Shown: positions 52,516 through 53,336 of the stretch, piece by piece
How the letters are laid out: every line of letters starts with the position of its first letter
Numbering within the stretch: the stretch's first letter is position 1
From: Patescibacteria group bacterium
Lineage (GTDB): Bacteria; Patescibacteriota; Microgenomatia; UBA8517
Assembly: GCA_022562395.1 (NCBI GenBank)
Contig: JADFPI010000003.1
Location: 1 to 53,336 of the forward strand
Length of the DNA stretch: 53,336 bases
Direction of reading: 5' to 3'
Program-made: the position numbers and the translations under genes
The notes under the pieces: generated by a model
Seen by the model: only the letters and a program-made list of their open reading frames with translations
Databases searched by the model: none
What the model was told of the DNA's origin: nothing

Positions 52516-53336
52516 GGGATTACAAAAAAACTTTTGGGATAAAATTTATTTTACCATAAAGGAAAGTTTCATATCCTCGTTGGTATCTAAACGGGCAAAA
52601 AATAAATACCCTGTTTTTATTGCCACGATAATTTTTTACTTTACCCTTTTTATAAGCACCAGCAATAGGACCTTTTTGCTTTTTGGTGTTGTTTATTTTT
52701 TGGCGCTTTATATAATGTTTTCAGATATCAAAAAAGCGCTCTTTTTAAGCTTCGTGGCAACACTGCCTTTTGCGAAGGGTAAAACCATAAATTTCTTATT
52801 GCTCCCAAAAGAATTAGTTATCCAAAACCCCTTATTCGATGTTGATTACTCCTTTCCATTTTATTTATCGCACTTATTTCTTTTCTTGTTAGCCTACGTA
52901 TATATTCGTAGAAAAAAAAGGGAGAAAAATGGGACCAAAATACATAAAAGTCTTATTTTTTTATTCCTTTTTATTTATTTGACAGCAATGGCTGCATTTT
53001 TTAGTCTTTATCCTCAAGTAATCGCTCTTTCTGCCCTACAACTTATTCTTTTGGGCTTTGTGTTTTATTTGCCCAAAGTTTTTGCAAACAAAAAGATTTT
53101 AAGAGAAATTGTGCAGGTTTTGGCTGCGTTTGTGATTTTTCAAGCTATTTGGGTTACTTTACAGCGCTTAAGTGGTGGTCCACTCGGTTTGGACTTGGAA
53201 GTTTACCTTCCCGGAGAGGAATTTGGAGTACGAGCCCGCGAGAATATTGGTATTTACCGCTCTTCTGGTACCTTTTTTGAACCAAGTATTTTGGGGACCT
53301 TCATGCTTATGCACTTTTTCTTTTTCTTGAGCTTAT
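52514..53336 (+). CDS. O-antigen ligase/Wzy-like membrane protein, 3'-truncated by the window
   Basis: Open from ATG 52514 to the edge (MGLQKNFWDKIY...); multi-TM; RSSGTFFEPSILGTF motif. Confidence 0.75.
   Translation, partial: MGLQKNFWDKIYFTIKESFISSLVSKRAKNKYPVFIATIIFYFTLFISTSNRTFLLFGVVYFLALYIMFSDIKKALFLSFVATLPFAKGKTINFLLLPKELVIQNPLFDVDYSFPFYLSHLFLFLLAYVYIRRKKREKNGTKIHKSLIFLFLFIYLTAMAAFFSLYPQVIALSALQLILLGFVFYLPKVFANKKILREIVQVLAAFVIFQAIWVTLQRLSGGPLGLDLEVYLPGEEFGVRARENIGIYRSSGTFFEPSILGTFMLMHFFFFLSL

Overview
53 kb of an AT-rich genome using genetic code 11. Gene content and style suggest a Patescibacteria (CPR) bacterium, probably Microgenomates/Woesebacteria-like; this is an inference. Layout: (1) 1-~4.6 kb accessory array in which single, unrelated genes in either orientation are separated by copies of one repeat ending in a tRNA-3'-end-like core, GGAGCCA. 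(2) 5-7 kb: cobalamin riboswitch ahead of an unknown Zn-ribbon protein, and a small GIY-YIG nuclease gene with REP-like palindrome doublets. (3) 8.3-12.1 kb: CsoR-family-controlled thiol-redox operon (CcdA, TlpA, DUF3179, cupredoxin, glutaredoxin). (4) 12.1-23.2 kb: glycolysis/non-oxidative pentose phosphate cluster (tpiA, rpiB, pgk, gap, rpe, split tkt, class I fba, PfkB kinase), interrupted by surface-protein genes. (5) 23.2-31.5 kb: copper/redox island (CopZ, CopA, cupredoxin, CcdA-like proteins, an unlisted 59-aa Cys-rich peptide). (6) 31.5-40.6 kb: dehydrogenase, beta-lactamase-like protein, two class A PBPs, an RnlA-like HEPN gene and a CPBP protease. (7) 40.6-53.3 kb: surface-glycan cluster. 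The best candidate for an undescribed system is the integron-like but tRNA-att-based single-gene cassette array at 84-3502. On the minus strand its repeats encode short, coding-constrained tails that resemble recombinase C-termini (WLRLMDDVRTY..). The second candidate is the GIY-YIG/REP-doublet association. Family calls come from motif recognition only; no searches were run.
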